A DNA stretch of 64,000 nucleotides from Candidatus Omnitrophica bacterium UBA6233 (GTDB lineage: Bacteria; Omnitrophota; Gorgyraeia; Gygaellales; Profunditerraquicolaceae): assembly GCA_002440965.1 (NCBI GenBank), contig DJWJ01000016.1, positions 7,409-71,408 on the forward strand, given 5' to 3'. The position numbers and the translations under genes are program-made. Below are positions 47,516 to 55,693 of the stretch, in pieces. The notes under the pieces were generated by a model. That model made no database searches. It was given only the letters and a program-made list of their open reading frames with translations, and was not told the DNA's origin. Every line of letters starts with the position of its first letter. Positions within the stretch are counted from its first letter, which is position 1.

Positions 47516-48976
47516 ATGAAGATATTATTTGTAATGCCTAAAGTCGGTGCCTGGGCAACCCATGGGATTCACCGTTCGCCGAATCAGTTATACGCGCATT
47601 GGGCTGCTTATGTGCGTGAAAAAGGATATAAGGATGTGGCGGTTATTGACGGTAAAGCTGAGCAGATTCCGATGGATCAGCTTATCGAACAGGTAAAACT
47701 TAAGAACCCCGATGTGGTGGTAATGGGTGAGCAGCTGCATGGTTATGGCGGATACGGAGTTTTACGCCATTTTAAAGACGCGGCCATTGGAATTAAAAAA
47801 GCCCTGCCTAAAACCAAGATAATTCTCGGCGGATTATGGTATTCGGCAATGCCTGTTCCGACTTTAGAAGAAATTCCGGAAGTTGATTTCGTGGTTATGG
47901 GAGAAGAGGAGTCATTTGGAGATTTAATCGAGGCAATTGATAAGAATAAGCCGCTTAAGGATGTTGGCGGAGTAACTTCGCGCATCGATGGTAAGATAGT
48001 CATGGGCCCGCATAAACCATTGATGACGGATTTGGATAAATTACCTTTACCGGCTTATGATTTGTTTCCGATGGATAAGTACTCGGGCCACACTTATTGG
48101 AAACCGTTTGTGGATATGGTTACTTCCCGCGGCTGCCCTTCAGCCTGCACATTTTGTTATGAGTGGGATCAGTTTGATCCGCGCTCGCCTTCGGATTTCT
48201 TAAAATGGCGCGCCAAGAGCCCAGAAAGAGTAATTGAAGAATTGAAACTCCTGCGCGATAAATACGGAGTCAAAGTAGTAGTAATTCAGGATGATAATTT
48301 TATCGTGGATCCTGCGCGCGTCAAGAAATTCTGCGAGTTAAAAAAGAAAGCTAACATTGATACCAAATGGGTTGCTTTGGGCAGGGCTACTGATTGGATC
48401 AATTGCGAATCGATCTTACCTCTGATGAAAGAAACAGGTCTATTCATGGGAGTCTTTGGAATTGAAGTAACTACCCAGTCGGAACTTAAGAAGATCGCTA
48501 AAGGTATAACCATTGACCAGATCCAAAAGACAATCGATATCCTGCGCAAACAGAATATCGCGATTGTCGCTGACATTATGATGGGTTTTGATTATGATAC
48601 CGAAGAAATAATTAAGCAGCGTTTTGAGTTTACCGACGCGGTGGATCCGGATATTTTATGGGTTGGTTACGTGACTCCTGCGCCGAATTCGCCGATGTGG
48701 AAGGTTGCCTTAAAGAAAAACTGGATCGATCCCAAGAAAGTGGATTTCTCGACCTGGGATTTTCTGCACCCGGTAATTCCTACGGATCACTTAACTACTG
48801 AAGACTTAGGCAGGCTTGGTTCATGGTGTATGCGCGAATTTTTCTCCAAACCCGGACGGGTCAACCGGATCATGGAGAGCGATTTTGATCCGCTGGCCAA
48901 GCTTTGTTTCCAGGATGTTATGAATGGCATCAACAAGTGGGAAGCAGCCGCGACCAAGGGCGAAGTTCAGATATAA
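47516..48976 (+). CDS. B12-binding-domain radical SAM enzyme (class B rSAM)
   Basis: N-terminal cobalamin-binding-like domain; 'SRGCPSACTFC' CxxxCxxC motif. RBS AGAGGAGG before the ATG at 47516. Confidence 0.8.
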   Translation: MKILFVMPKVGAWATHGIHRSPNQLYAHWAAYVREKGYKDVAVIDGKAEQIPMDQLIEQVKLKNPDVVVMGEQLHGYGGYGVLRHFKDAAIGIKKALPKTKIILGGLWYSAMPVPTLEEIPEVDFVVMGEEESFGDLIEAIDKNKPLKDVGGVTSRIDGKIVMGPHKPLMTDLDKLPLPAYDLFPMDKYSGHTYWKPFVDMVTSRGCPSACTFCYEWDQFDPRSPSDFLKWRAKSPERVIEELKLLRDKYGVKVVVIQDDNFIVDPARVKKFCELKKKANIDTKWVALGRATDWINCESILPLMKETGLFMGVFGIEVTTQSELKKIAKGITIDQIQKTIDILRKQNIAIVADIMMGFDYDTEEIIKQRFEFTDAVDPDILWVGYVTPAPNSPMWKVALKKNWIDPKKVDFSTWDFLHPVIPTDHLTTEDLGRLGSWCMREFFSKPGRVNRIMESDFDPLAKLCFQDVMNGINKWEAAATKGEVQI

Positions 48977-48990
48977 GCTAAAGGAAGGAT

Positions 48991-49227
48991 ATGGAGATGA
49001 AAGCGAAAGTTAAAGAAGTTTTGGTTAATTTGCTCAAAGTCAAACCTGAAGAATTAAAGGATGGTGTTTCTTTGGAAGAGAGTATAGGCGTGGATTCAAC
49101 TGAAATGGTTGAGTCAGTCATTGCTCTGGAAAAGGCTTTTGGAGTGAAGTTAAGCCCTAAAGAAATTAGCAAGTCTTCCAGCATTGACGATATCGCGAAA
49201 ATTATAAGTAGCAAGATAAGCGTTTAA
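48991..49227 (+). CDS. acyl carrier protein
   Basis: 78 aa; phosphopantetheine-attachment context 'GVDSTEMVESVIALEKAFGV'. Confidence 0.7.
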   Translation: MEMKAKVKEVLVNLLKVKPEELKDGVSLEESIGVDSTEMVESVIALEKAFGVKLSPKEISKSSSIDDIAKIISSKISV

Positions 49228-49328
49228 TGACAAATGTCAAAATTCAAATGTCAAAATTCAAATGTAAAAACCAAGGTATTTAGTTTTGTAATTTGCGCTT
49301 TGACATTTGAATTTTGACATTTGACATT
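49226..49328. repeat. intergenic long palindromic repeat, same family, copy B
   Basis: 'AATGACAAATGTCAAAATTCAAATGTCAAAATTCAAATG' is mirrored by 'CTTTGACATTTGAATTTTGACATTTGACATT'. Lies between ACP and the cyclase gene. Confidence 0.7.
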
Positions 49329-49340
49329 AGCTATTTATTC

Positions 49341-50138
49341 ATGAAGATTATTGATTTAAGTCTTCCAATAGATGACAAGGCGTTTGAGGTGCACAAGGTA
49401 GCCATTGAGCGGGTAACTCATAAGGCGGGGATTAAGAAGTTTAACCGCGTGATTATGGGTAAGACGCTGGCGGGAAGAGTTAAATACCTTTTGGGAAAAC
49501 GCATCCTCAAGAAAGAAGATTTACCTGACGAAGAATTTTTATCACTGGAAGTCGTGCATTCTCCGGTTCACGTCGGCACCCACCTGGATTATTCATTCCA
49601 TTACGGATCAAAATCCGAAAACCGCACCTCTAAAACAGCCGAAGAGATCCCGCTGGAATATTGTTATCAAGACGGAGTAAGGCTCAATCTTACCCATAAA
49701 AAACCCAATGAAAAAATTCTTTCCGCGGATATCGAAGCAGCGCTTAAAAAAATAAATTATAAATTAAAACCTCTGGATATTGTTTTTTTGCATACCGGAG
49801 CGGATAAGTTTTTTGGTTCGCCAAAATATTTCTCGGATTATCCGGGAGTGGATACTTCGGCGATAGATTATCTTTTGGACCAGGGAGTCAAGATTTTTGG
49901 GGTGGATACAATGGGTATTGACCGTCCATACAGGTTTATGCTTAAAGAATTCCTGGAGAGTAAAAATCTTAAGGCTTTATACCCGGCGCATTTTTATGGA
50001 AGAAAAAGAGAATTCATCCATATCGAGAGGCTGGCTAATTTAGAGAAGCTTCCGGCAACTGGGTTTAAGGTTATTTGTTTTCCGGTGAAGATTAAAAATA
50101 CAGGCGCGGCTTGGTCGCGAGTAGTTGCAATATTATGA
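49341..50138 (+). CDS. cyclase-family protein (PF04199-like; kynurenine-formamidase/putative-cyclase fold)
   Basis: 'MKIIDLSLPI' start and 'HSPVHVGTHLDYSFHY' (HxGTHxD) metal-binding motif. Start moved to 49341 because the tabulated ORF start runs into the repeat. Confidence 0.65.
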   Translation: MKIIDLSLPIDDKAFEVHKVAIERVTHKAGIKKFNRVIMGKTLAGRVKYLLGKRILKKEDLPDEEFLSLEVVHSPVHVGTHLDYSFHYGSKSENRTSKTAEEIPLEYCYQDGVRLNLTHKKPNEKILSADIEAALKKINYKLKPLDIVFLHTGADKFFGSPKYFSDYPGVDTSAIDYLLDQGVKIFGVDTMGIDRPYRFMLKEFLESKNLKALYPAHFYGRKREFIHIERLANLEKLPATGFKVICFPVKIKNTGAAWSRVVAIL

Positions 50139-50191
50139 CACCCGGCCTTAAAGGGTAGGCCGGTGTGCGCTTTCTGCGCAAGGAGGATTAA

Positions 50192-50629
50192 ATGGGACAC
50201 ACTTGTAATTCGATAATAATCAAGGCGCCATATGATTTAGTATTTGATATTTCCAATGATATCCCGCGCTGGACCGAATTATTTGGCAGCGAATACAAAA
50301 AAGCTGAGATTACAAAAAAAGAAGAGAACAAGATTACTTTTTGCCTGACTGATGATGAAGATAAGTCTTGGATTTCTTGGAGACTGCTTTATAAAGACAA
50401 ATTCTTTACTTATTCTGAAAGGCAGGAGCCGAAATTTCCGTTTAAATATATGAAAATCGTCTGGCTCTATACCCAAAAGCCGGAAGGAGTGGAATTAACC
50501 TGGATTCAACATTTTGAAATGGATGATAAAGCCAAGTTCAATGATGAGCAGGTCGAGGGCTTCATTAATAAGCATTCCAAAGACAATCTGTTAATTTTTA
50601 AGAATGTAATTGAAAAAGCAGCAGCTTAA
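50192..50629 (+). CDS. SRPBCC (Bet v1/START-like) polyketide cyclase/dehydrase-like protein
   Basis: 'SIIIKAPYDLVFDISNDIPRWTELF' is typical of the Polyketide_cyc2/SRPBCC N-terminus; 145 aa. Confidence 0.55.
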   Translation: MGHTCNSIIIKAPYDLVFDISNDIPRWTELFGSEYKKAEITKKEENKITFCLTDDEDKSWISWRLLYKDKFFTYSERQEPKFPFKYMKIVWLYTQKPEGVELTWIQHFEMDDKAKFNDEQVEGFINKHSKDNLLIFKNVIEKAAA

Positions 50630-50657
50630 AACAATGCTCCGCGCATAGCGCGGAGTT

Positions 50658-50692
50658 AAATAAGCGCCAAGCGCCAGTGGCGGCGCTTATTT
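50658..50692 (+). terminator. stem-loop (AATAAGCGCC...GGCGCTTATTT), preceded by a second hairpin CTCCGCGC-atag-GCGCGGAG
   Basis: 10-bp perfect stem with a T-rich tail. Immediately upstream of RBS AAGGAGG of the SDR gene. May act as an intra-operon attenuator or RNA-stability element. Confidence 0.45.
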
Positions 50693-50705
50693 AAGGAGGT
50701 AGAAA

Positions 50706-51482
50706 ATGAATCAGGACTTAAAAGGTAAGGTAGCGATTGTAACCGGAGCAAGCCGAGGGATTGGCAAGGCTCTTGCCTGCACTGCGGCAAGCTTAGGAGT
50801 AAATTTAACTATTGCTGCCCGCGGAGAAGGCCAATTAAAAGAAGCAGCTGAAGAAATCGCCAAAAAATATAAGGTAGATGTTTTAGCTGTTCCTTGCGAT
50901 GTCACTAAATTAGAGGACCTCGAGAATTTGGTGAATAAAACCAAGGAGAAATTCGGTAAGATCGATATTTTGATCAATAACGCCGGAGTTTCTTCGCAGT
51001 ATCCATTTCAAGATCAGCCGATTGAGGATTTTGAGCGCCTGGCCCATACAAATTATTTGGGTTATGTGCGCCTGATCCGTTTGGTTATCAACGATATGAT
51101 CAAAAATAAAAGCGGCGCGATCATCAATATGGTTTCCGGCTCTACTCTTTGCGATCCGCTACCCAGGAATTTTATCGTTTATAGCTCATTAAAAGTCGGT
51201 TTGCGCGCGTTCTCTAAAGGGTTATTTTGGGAATTGCGCGACCACGGTATCAAAGTTACTTCGATATTGCCCGGGGTTACGGACACGGATCTGACCGGAA
51301 AATTAAGCGAGATTACCGCTGATACTAAAAGATTGATGAGCACTGAGGCAATCGAAGACGCGGTCAGGTTTGCTTTGACTGTGCCGCAGAATGTTTGTCC
51401 CCTAGAGATCGCGGTAATCAATCAGCAAACCCCGTGGACAGCTCCGGTAATACCATTTGCACAGAAGCATCCGGGAAAATAG
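50706..51482 (+). CDS. short-chain dehydrogenase/reductase (FabG/ketoreductase-like)
   Basis: 'GKVAIVTGASRGIGKALA', 'NNAG' and 'YSSLKVGLRAF' (YxxxK). Confidence 0.8.
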   Translation: MNQDLKGKVAIVTGASRGIGKALACTAASLGVNLTIAARGEGQLKEAAEEIAKKYKVDVLAVPCDVTKLEDLENLVNKTKEKFGKIDILINNAGVSSQYPFQDQPIEDFERLAHTNYLGYVRLIRLVINDMIKNKSGAIINMVSGSTLCDPLPRNFIVYSSLKVGLRAFSKGLFWELRDHGIKVTSILPGVTDTDLTGKLSEITADTKRLMSTEAIEDAVRFALTVPQNVCPLEIAVINQQTPWTAPVIPFAQKHPGK

Positions 51483-51546
51483 CTTAACGGCACCCGACGC
51501 TGATCGGAATTGCGTCGGTGTTGTCATGGTAGGCAAGGAGGATTAA

Positions 51547-52155
51547 GTGAAAAAAATATTTTTAGCGGCGGCATTGTTATTAGGGATAACAGGAATTAGT
51601 TTTACGGCAGATGGAAATTTGCTGGTTGATGATTTTGAGATCGCGGTTTCAGCTGGGCCAGACGGCACAGTTGATTTTGGCGCGGGAAACGGCTCAATTA
51701 TAAAAGTTACCGCGGCCGCGGATGTTAAAAATACCGGAAAACAAGGTCTAAAGGTTGATTTTGACGCGGTTACCGGCGGGTATATGTATGTTGCCCGCGG
51801 CGAAGGGCTTGACGCGCATAATACCGGCTGGCTCGTAAATCCGGATAGCATCAAATGGCAGGATTATAAGGCATTTTCTTTTTATATGTATGGCTCAGAT
51901 TCCAAAGGTAAAATAGCTTTTGATCTTAAAGACAGTGGAAATGAAATCTGGCGTTTTATAGTTGAAGATAATTTCAAGGGGTGGAAGCAGATCATCTGTA
52001 ATTTTGATCAATTTACCGTAAGGGGCGATTGGCAGCCGCAAACAGCTGATAATAACGCGGCGCTTAATTTTCCGATCCGTTCATTTCAATTTGAGCCGCT
52101 TCCTCCATTAAAGGGCACGATTTATTTTGATACAATGGAGTTGATCAAGAAATAA
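51547..52155 (+). CDS. secreted hypothetical protein (beta-sandwich / carbohydrate-binding-module-like)
   Basis: Signal peptide 'MKKIFLAAALLLGITGISFTA'. No catalytic motif recognised. Confidence 0.4.
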   Translation: MKKIFLAAALLLGITGISFTADGNLLVDDFEIAVSAGPDGTVDFGAGNGSIIKVTAAADVKNTGKQGLKVDFDAVTGGYMYVARGEGLDAHNTGWLVNPDSIKWQDYKAFSFYMYGSDSKGKIAFDLKDSGNEIWRFIVEDNFKGWKQIICNFDQFTVRGDWQPQTADNNAALNFPIRSFQFEPLPPLKGTIYFDTMELIKK

Positions 52156-52547
52156 TGAATAAGCGGGATTTAAAGAACTTAAAAAAGCGTTACCTCATCT
52201 GGTTTTATAAGACTTCCAAAGAGGCGCTTGATAAAGTCGAGCGGAAATTCAGCCAGGTTGATATCGACCGTTTTATTCTTAAGGAATTGCAAGCTTCGGA
52301 TAAGGATAAAGCGGTTGAACTTTTGATCGCTCAGTTTGAAGCGTATATTCAAAAGAAGGAAGCAGATGGCCTTGACTTAAAGTTCGAGAATAAGAAGTTA
52401 AAGCCGGATTATTTATTCCTTTCCTGGAAATTAGAAGCAATTGAAAAAGCGATTGTCAAAGAGCTGGGTAAAAAGGGGCTCGAAGAGATAAAGCTTCTCT
52501 ATGAAGTTGAGATGATTGAGCGAATATTGAGAAGTACAGAACATTAA
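52155..52547 (+). CDS. hypothetical protein
   Basis: 130-aa charged, helical ORF; no recognisable motif. Confidence 0.3.
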   Translation: MNKRDLKNLKKRYLIWFYKTSKEALDKVERKFSQVDIDRFILKELQASDKDKAVELLIAQFEAYIQKKEADGLDLKFENKKLKPDYLFLSWKLEAIEKAIVKELGKKGLEEIKLLYEVEMIERILRSTEH

Positions 52548-52548
52548 G

Positions 52549-52690
52549 TAATGACAAATGACAAAATTCAAAGCACAAAATAAATTCAAAATCAAAATTA
52601 CCAATGACAAAACCTTGGTTTTGACATTGGGTATTTGTCATTTAAATTTATTTTGAATTTTGAGCTTTGGTATTTGTCATTTTGAATAAT
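52549..52690. repeat. intergenic long palindromic repeat, same family, copy C
   Basis: 'AATGACAAATGACAAAATTCAAAGCACAAAATAAATTC' is mirrored by 'GAGCTTTGGTATTTGTCATTTTGAAT'. Shares its first ~36 nt with copy A at 47369. Confidence 0.7.
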
Positions 52691-52760
52691 CGTTCAGCAA
52701 CCCCCGGGCTTTAGCCTGAGGAGTATTCATTTTTTTGGCTTTGGGATTTGACATTAAATT

Positions 52761-53669
52761 ATGATTATAGACAGTCATAGTCACTGGTTACCTGAAGGAA
52801 TAATCAATAGCGCCCATTTCTATCATAAAGGTTGGGGAGATATTGAGGCTCAGCTTAAGATGATGGATGCGGCGGGGATTGCTAAGGCGGTTTTAACATA
52901 CCCAACTTCTGACGCGCATTTAAAAATGGGGAGTATCTCTGAAGTCGTGCGTATATTTAATGACCACGTCGCTAAAATCATCAAAAAATATCCGGATAGA
53001 TTTATCGGAGCGGCAATTCTTCCCATAGACCACCAGCCGGATATGCTTAAAGAAATAAAGCGGACTACAGAAGAATTGGGATTTAAAGCTATTTCTTTAG
53101 CAACTAGTTATGGCGGAGTTTATTTGGATGATGCTAGATTTATGGATGTATATAAGTTAGCCCAAAGCAAAAATTTACCGATCTTTGTGCATTCGCAGAT
53201 TGTTAAGCCGATAGGAACTGAGCGCGTAGAGGATCCGCTACTTACTCCGGTAATTGAGTATGTGTTTGATACGACGATGTGTATTGGCAAGCTTTTGATG
53301 TCGGATATTCTGCGCGATTACCAGACTAAATTTATTTTTGGTTATTTTGGCGGAGTTACGCCGTTTTTGGCAAATAGATTTGACGCGACTTATCAAATGC
53401 TGCGAGGGATGAACTTTGTTAAGGATTTGCAAGCTAAGCCTACAGAATTATTAAAGAATATTTATGTGGATACTAGCGGAGATACGACTAAAGCTAATTT
53501 TCAGGCAGCCTTAGAGTTGTTCGGGCCGCAGCATATTTTATGGGGGAGCGACTGGCCAGCCAAGCGCGACATCGCTCCAGGCATCAATGCAATCAAAGAA
53601 TTGAATATATCCGACGCGGATAAGAATAGTATATTAGGCGGTAATTTAGCTCAGCTTTTTGCTCTTTAG
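52761..53669 (+). CDS. amidohydrolase-2 family (PF04909, TIM-barrel metal-dependent hydrolase/decarboxylase)
   Basis: 'MIIDSHSHW' and 'ILWGSDWP' are hallmarks of the ACMSD/amidohydrolase_2 family. Confidence 0.7.
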   Translation: MIIDSHSHWLPEGIINSAHFYHKGWGDIEAQLKMMDAAGIAKAVLTYPTSDAHLKMGSISEVVRIFNDHVAKIIKKYPDRFIGAAILPIDHQPDMLKEIKRTTEELGFKAISLATSYGGVYLDDARFMDVYKLAQSKNLPIFVHSQIVKPIGTERVEDPLLTPVIEYVFDTTMCIGKLLMSDILRDYQTKFIFGYFGGVTPFLANRFDATYQMLRGMNFVKDLQAKPTELLKNIYVDTSGDTTKANFQAALELFGPQHILWGSDWPAKRDIAPGINAIKELNISDADKNSILGGNLAQLFAL

Positions 53670-53679
53670 CAATTTGTGT

Positions 53680-53825
53680 CTGGCTTGTCTTGTTTAGCCT
53701 CGGGGTCCTGCCGCGGAAGTTTCCCCATTCCTGCGGTCAGGTTTGTCCTCGGAACGGGGAAGCCCCTCTTCCGCGTCACCCCTCCGGCATTACTCTAGAC
53801 ATAAGTGTAAACAAGCCAACCCAGC
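53680..53825 (+). ncRNA. candidate signal recognition particle RNA (ffs-like extended hairpin)
   Basis: GC-rich ~145-nt imperfect hairpin: 5' GGCTTGTCTTGTTTAGCC...3' GTAAACAAGCC, with CCGCGGAAG pairing CTTCCGCG. The apical region contains 'GGTCAGGT...GGAA...GGGGAAGC', resembling the SRP RNA helix-8 consensus 'GGUCAGGUCCGGAAGGAAGCAGC'. Confidence 0.35.
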
Positions 53826-53869
53826 CACAAATGTGGACTCACAGCACCTTTTGGCAAAATAGCTCTTAA

Positions 53870-54190
53870 ATGGTTTAAATGAATCTGGCAAGTTTATCCG
53901 CGAATTGAGATTTTAGCCAAAGCACGCTTGAGGATTTTCGGGAATTCCGAGGCCAAGCTGAAAGCTTGGCAATCTCGGAACGGCTGTCCGATGTTTGTAG
54001 TATAGAGACAGGCTGAGAGCGCCGAGTGAAAGCACGAGGCGCGAGTTCGGCAGCCGCCGAAAATACGAAAGACCTTTGGCGGCACGCTCCTAATTCTGTT
54101 AGCGGGCAAAATCGATTGAGCGGGAAACTTGGCAGATTCATTAAAACTTACTCGACAGGACCCGCGTAAGGTCTAGAGTTAACAAAGTGG
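53870..54190 (+). ncRNA. GC-rich structured non-coding region upstream of crcB (unassigned; possible riboswitch/leader or small RNA)
   Basis: No ORF with coding character. Several local hairpins (GGCCAAGC-tgaa-AGCTTGGC; GCCGCC...GGCGGC; CGCC-gagtgaaagcacga-GGCG). GC content is clearly above the surrounding genes. Confidence 0.25.
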
Positions 54191-54206
54191 TAGATTTATC
54201 AATATT

Positions 54207-54581
54207 ATGATAAAATTCTTAAATCTGGTTATCGGCGGGGCAGCGGGGACGATTGCCCGTTATTTGCTGGCAGGGTTTGTGTATAGGGTGGCAGGGACAA
54301 GTTTTCCTTACGGAACGCTTATCGTAAATGCCTCCGGATGTTTTATCTTAGGGATCTTGGCTTCTTTAGCGGATAAGAAATTTGTGCTTGGGCCGGATGC
54401 CAGAATATTATTGATGATCGGTTTTTGCGGCGCGTTTACTACCTTTTCAACTCTGATATTTGAATCCGATAATCTGGTTAGAAATGGGCAGGCAATAAAA
54501 GCATTCAGTAATATATTGATTAGTGTAATTTTAGGCTTTATTTTATATAGAGTCGGTTCTTTATTAGGCGAGATTATTTAA
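54207..54581 (+). CDS. crcB: fluoride ion channel CrcB/Fluc
   Basis: 124 aa, four TM helices; 'GGAAGTIARY' and 'GFCGAFTTFSTL' motifs. Confidence 0.85.
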   Translation: MIKFLNLVIGGAAGTIARYLLAGFVYRVAGTSFPYGTLIVNASGCFILGILASLADKKFVLGPDARILLMIGFCGAFTTFSTLIFESDNLVRNGQAIKAFSNILISVILGFILYRVGSLLGEII

Positions 54582-54594
54582 ACCGGGAGATAAA

Positions 54595-54927
54595 ATGAAA
54601 ATTCCTGCGGACGGTAAGCTCTTAAGAATTTTTATCGGCGAAGCGGACAAATGGAATGGCAAACCGCTTTATGAAGAGATCGTGCTTCTGGCCAAAAAAA
54701 CAGGGATGGCTGGAGCAACTGCCATAAAAGGATTTATGGGTTTTGGATGCAAGAGCCATATGCATACTGCAAATCTGCTCAGATTATCCGAAGACTTGCC
54801 GATTGTCATTGAAATCGTCGATAGCGAGGATAAGATCAACACGTTTATCCCTCAACTTGATAGTATGGTTAAGGAAGGTTTAATTACTCTGGAAAAAGCT
54901 AACGTAATCATGTACCGCGCGCAATAA
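54595..54927 (+). CDS. DUF190-family protein (PII-like; commonly paired with crcB)
   Basis: 'LLRIFIGEADKWNGKPLYEEIV...GATAIKGFMGFG'. Confidence 0.7.
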   Translation: MKIPADGKLLRIFIGEADKWNGKPLYEEIVLLAKKTGMAGATAIKGFMGFGCKSHMHTANLLRLSEDLPIVIEIVDSEDKINTFIPQLDSMVKEGLITLEKANVIMYRAQ

Positions 54928-54943
54928 AAAGGAGAAGACTAAC

Positions 54944-55693
54944 ATGCAAATGGTAAAAGATGTGCATCTGACGGGAAAAGATCTGACACAAATGGTTCAA
55001 TTACGCCAGCAGGATGTGGGCAAATACGCGATTGTTCCGGGCCCCAAGGATAGGCTGGAAGTTTTAATGAAGAAAATCGAGAATCCGGTCAAGAATTTTA
55101 CTTTTATGGAATATTCCATGTTCACCGGGACTTATCAAGGGATCAAGATTACCATGATGAACGGCGGAAGATTTTCTACGGATACCTCGATTACCTCGGA
55201 AGTAATGTGCAATGCCAGAATTGATAATATTATCCGCGCGGGCTCTGCCGGTTCTTTGGATGAAAATATAAAAGTAGGAGATTTATTCGTGGTTGATGAA
55301 GTTATCCGCGGAGACGGGGTTACGCCTTATTATGTGGATAAGGACTTTAAAACAGTTGCCGATAAAAAAATTGCCGATACGCTTTATGAGGCGGGTAAGG
55401 CTATGGGTATAAATATCCATCGTGGAAAGGCCTGGAGCACGGATGCGCTTTTACGCGAAACCAGAGAAATCGTCGAAGCTAAGCGTAAAGAGGGGGCAAG
55501 AGCCGTAGATATGGTCTCTTCAACGCTTTTGACCATTGCCCAGACTTATGGCGTTAAAGCAGGTTCGATCCTGGCCGTAAGCGATAATGTGATTACCGGC
55601 GAAATGGGTTTTATGAATCCATTGTATTATATGGCTGAGGCGAATATTTTAAAAATTGCCCTTGAGGCAGTGGTAAAATTAGAGGGAAAATGA
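54944..55693 (+). CDS. PNP/UDP-family nucleoside phosphorylase (MTA/5'-deoxyadenosine/purine nucleoside phosphorylase-like)
   Basis: 'IDNIIRAGSAGSL' and 'VDMVSSTL' are typical of the PNP_UDP_1 fold. Confidence 0.65.
   Translation: MQMVKDVHLTGKDLTQMVQLRQQDVGKYAIVPGPKDRLEVLMKKIENPVKNFTFMEYSMFTGTYQGIKITMMNGGRFSTDTSITSEVMCNARIDNIIRAGSAGSLDENIKVGDLFVVDEVIRGDGVTPYYVDKDFKTVADKKIADTLYEAGKAMGINIHRGKAWSTDALLRETREIVEAKRKEGARAVDMVSSTLLTIAQTYGVKAGSILAVSDNVITGEMGFMNPLYYMAEANILKIALEAVVKLEGK

Noticed and set aside
53875-54141. Two overlapping - strand ORFs (88 and 71 aa) in the GC-rich block upstream of crcB
   Set aside because: Arg/Ser/Ala-rich products typical of random translation of GC-rich structured RNA. 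No RBS or start context.
54100-54206. Expected fluoride (crcB-motif) riboswitch directly upstream of crcB
   Set aside because: The conserved GGCGATGG...AACCGCC...CTGATGATGCCTAC elements could not be found by eye, so no riboswitch is annotated. An Infernal scan would be decisive.
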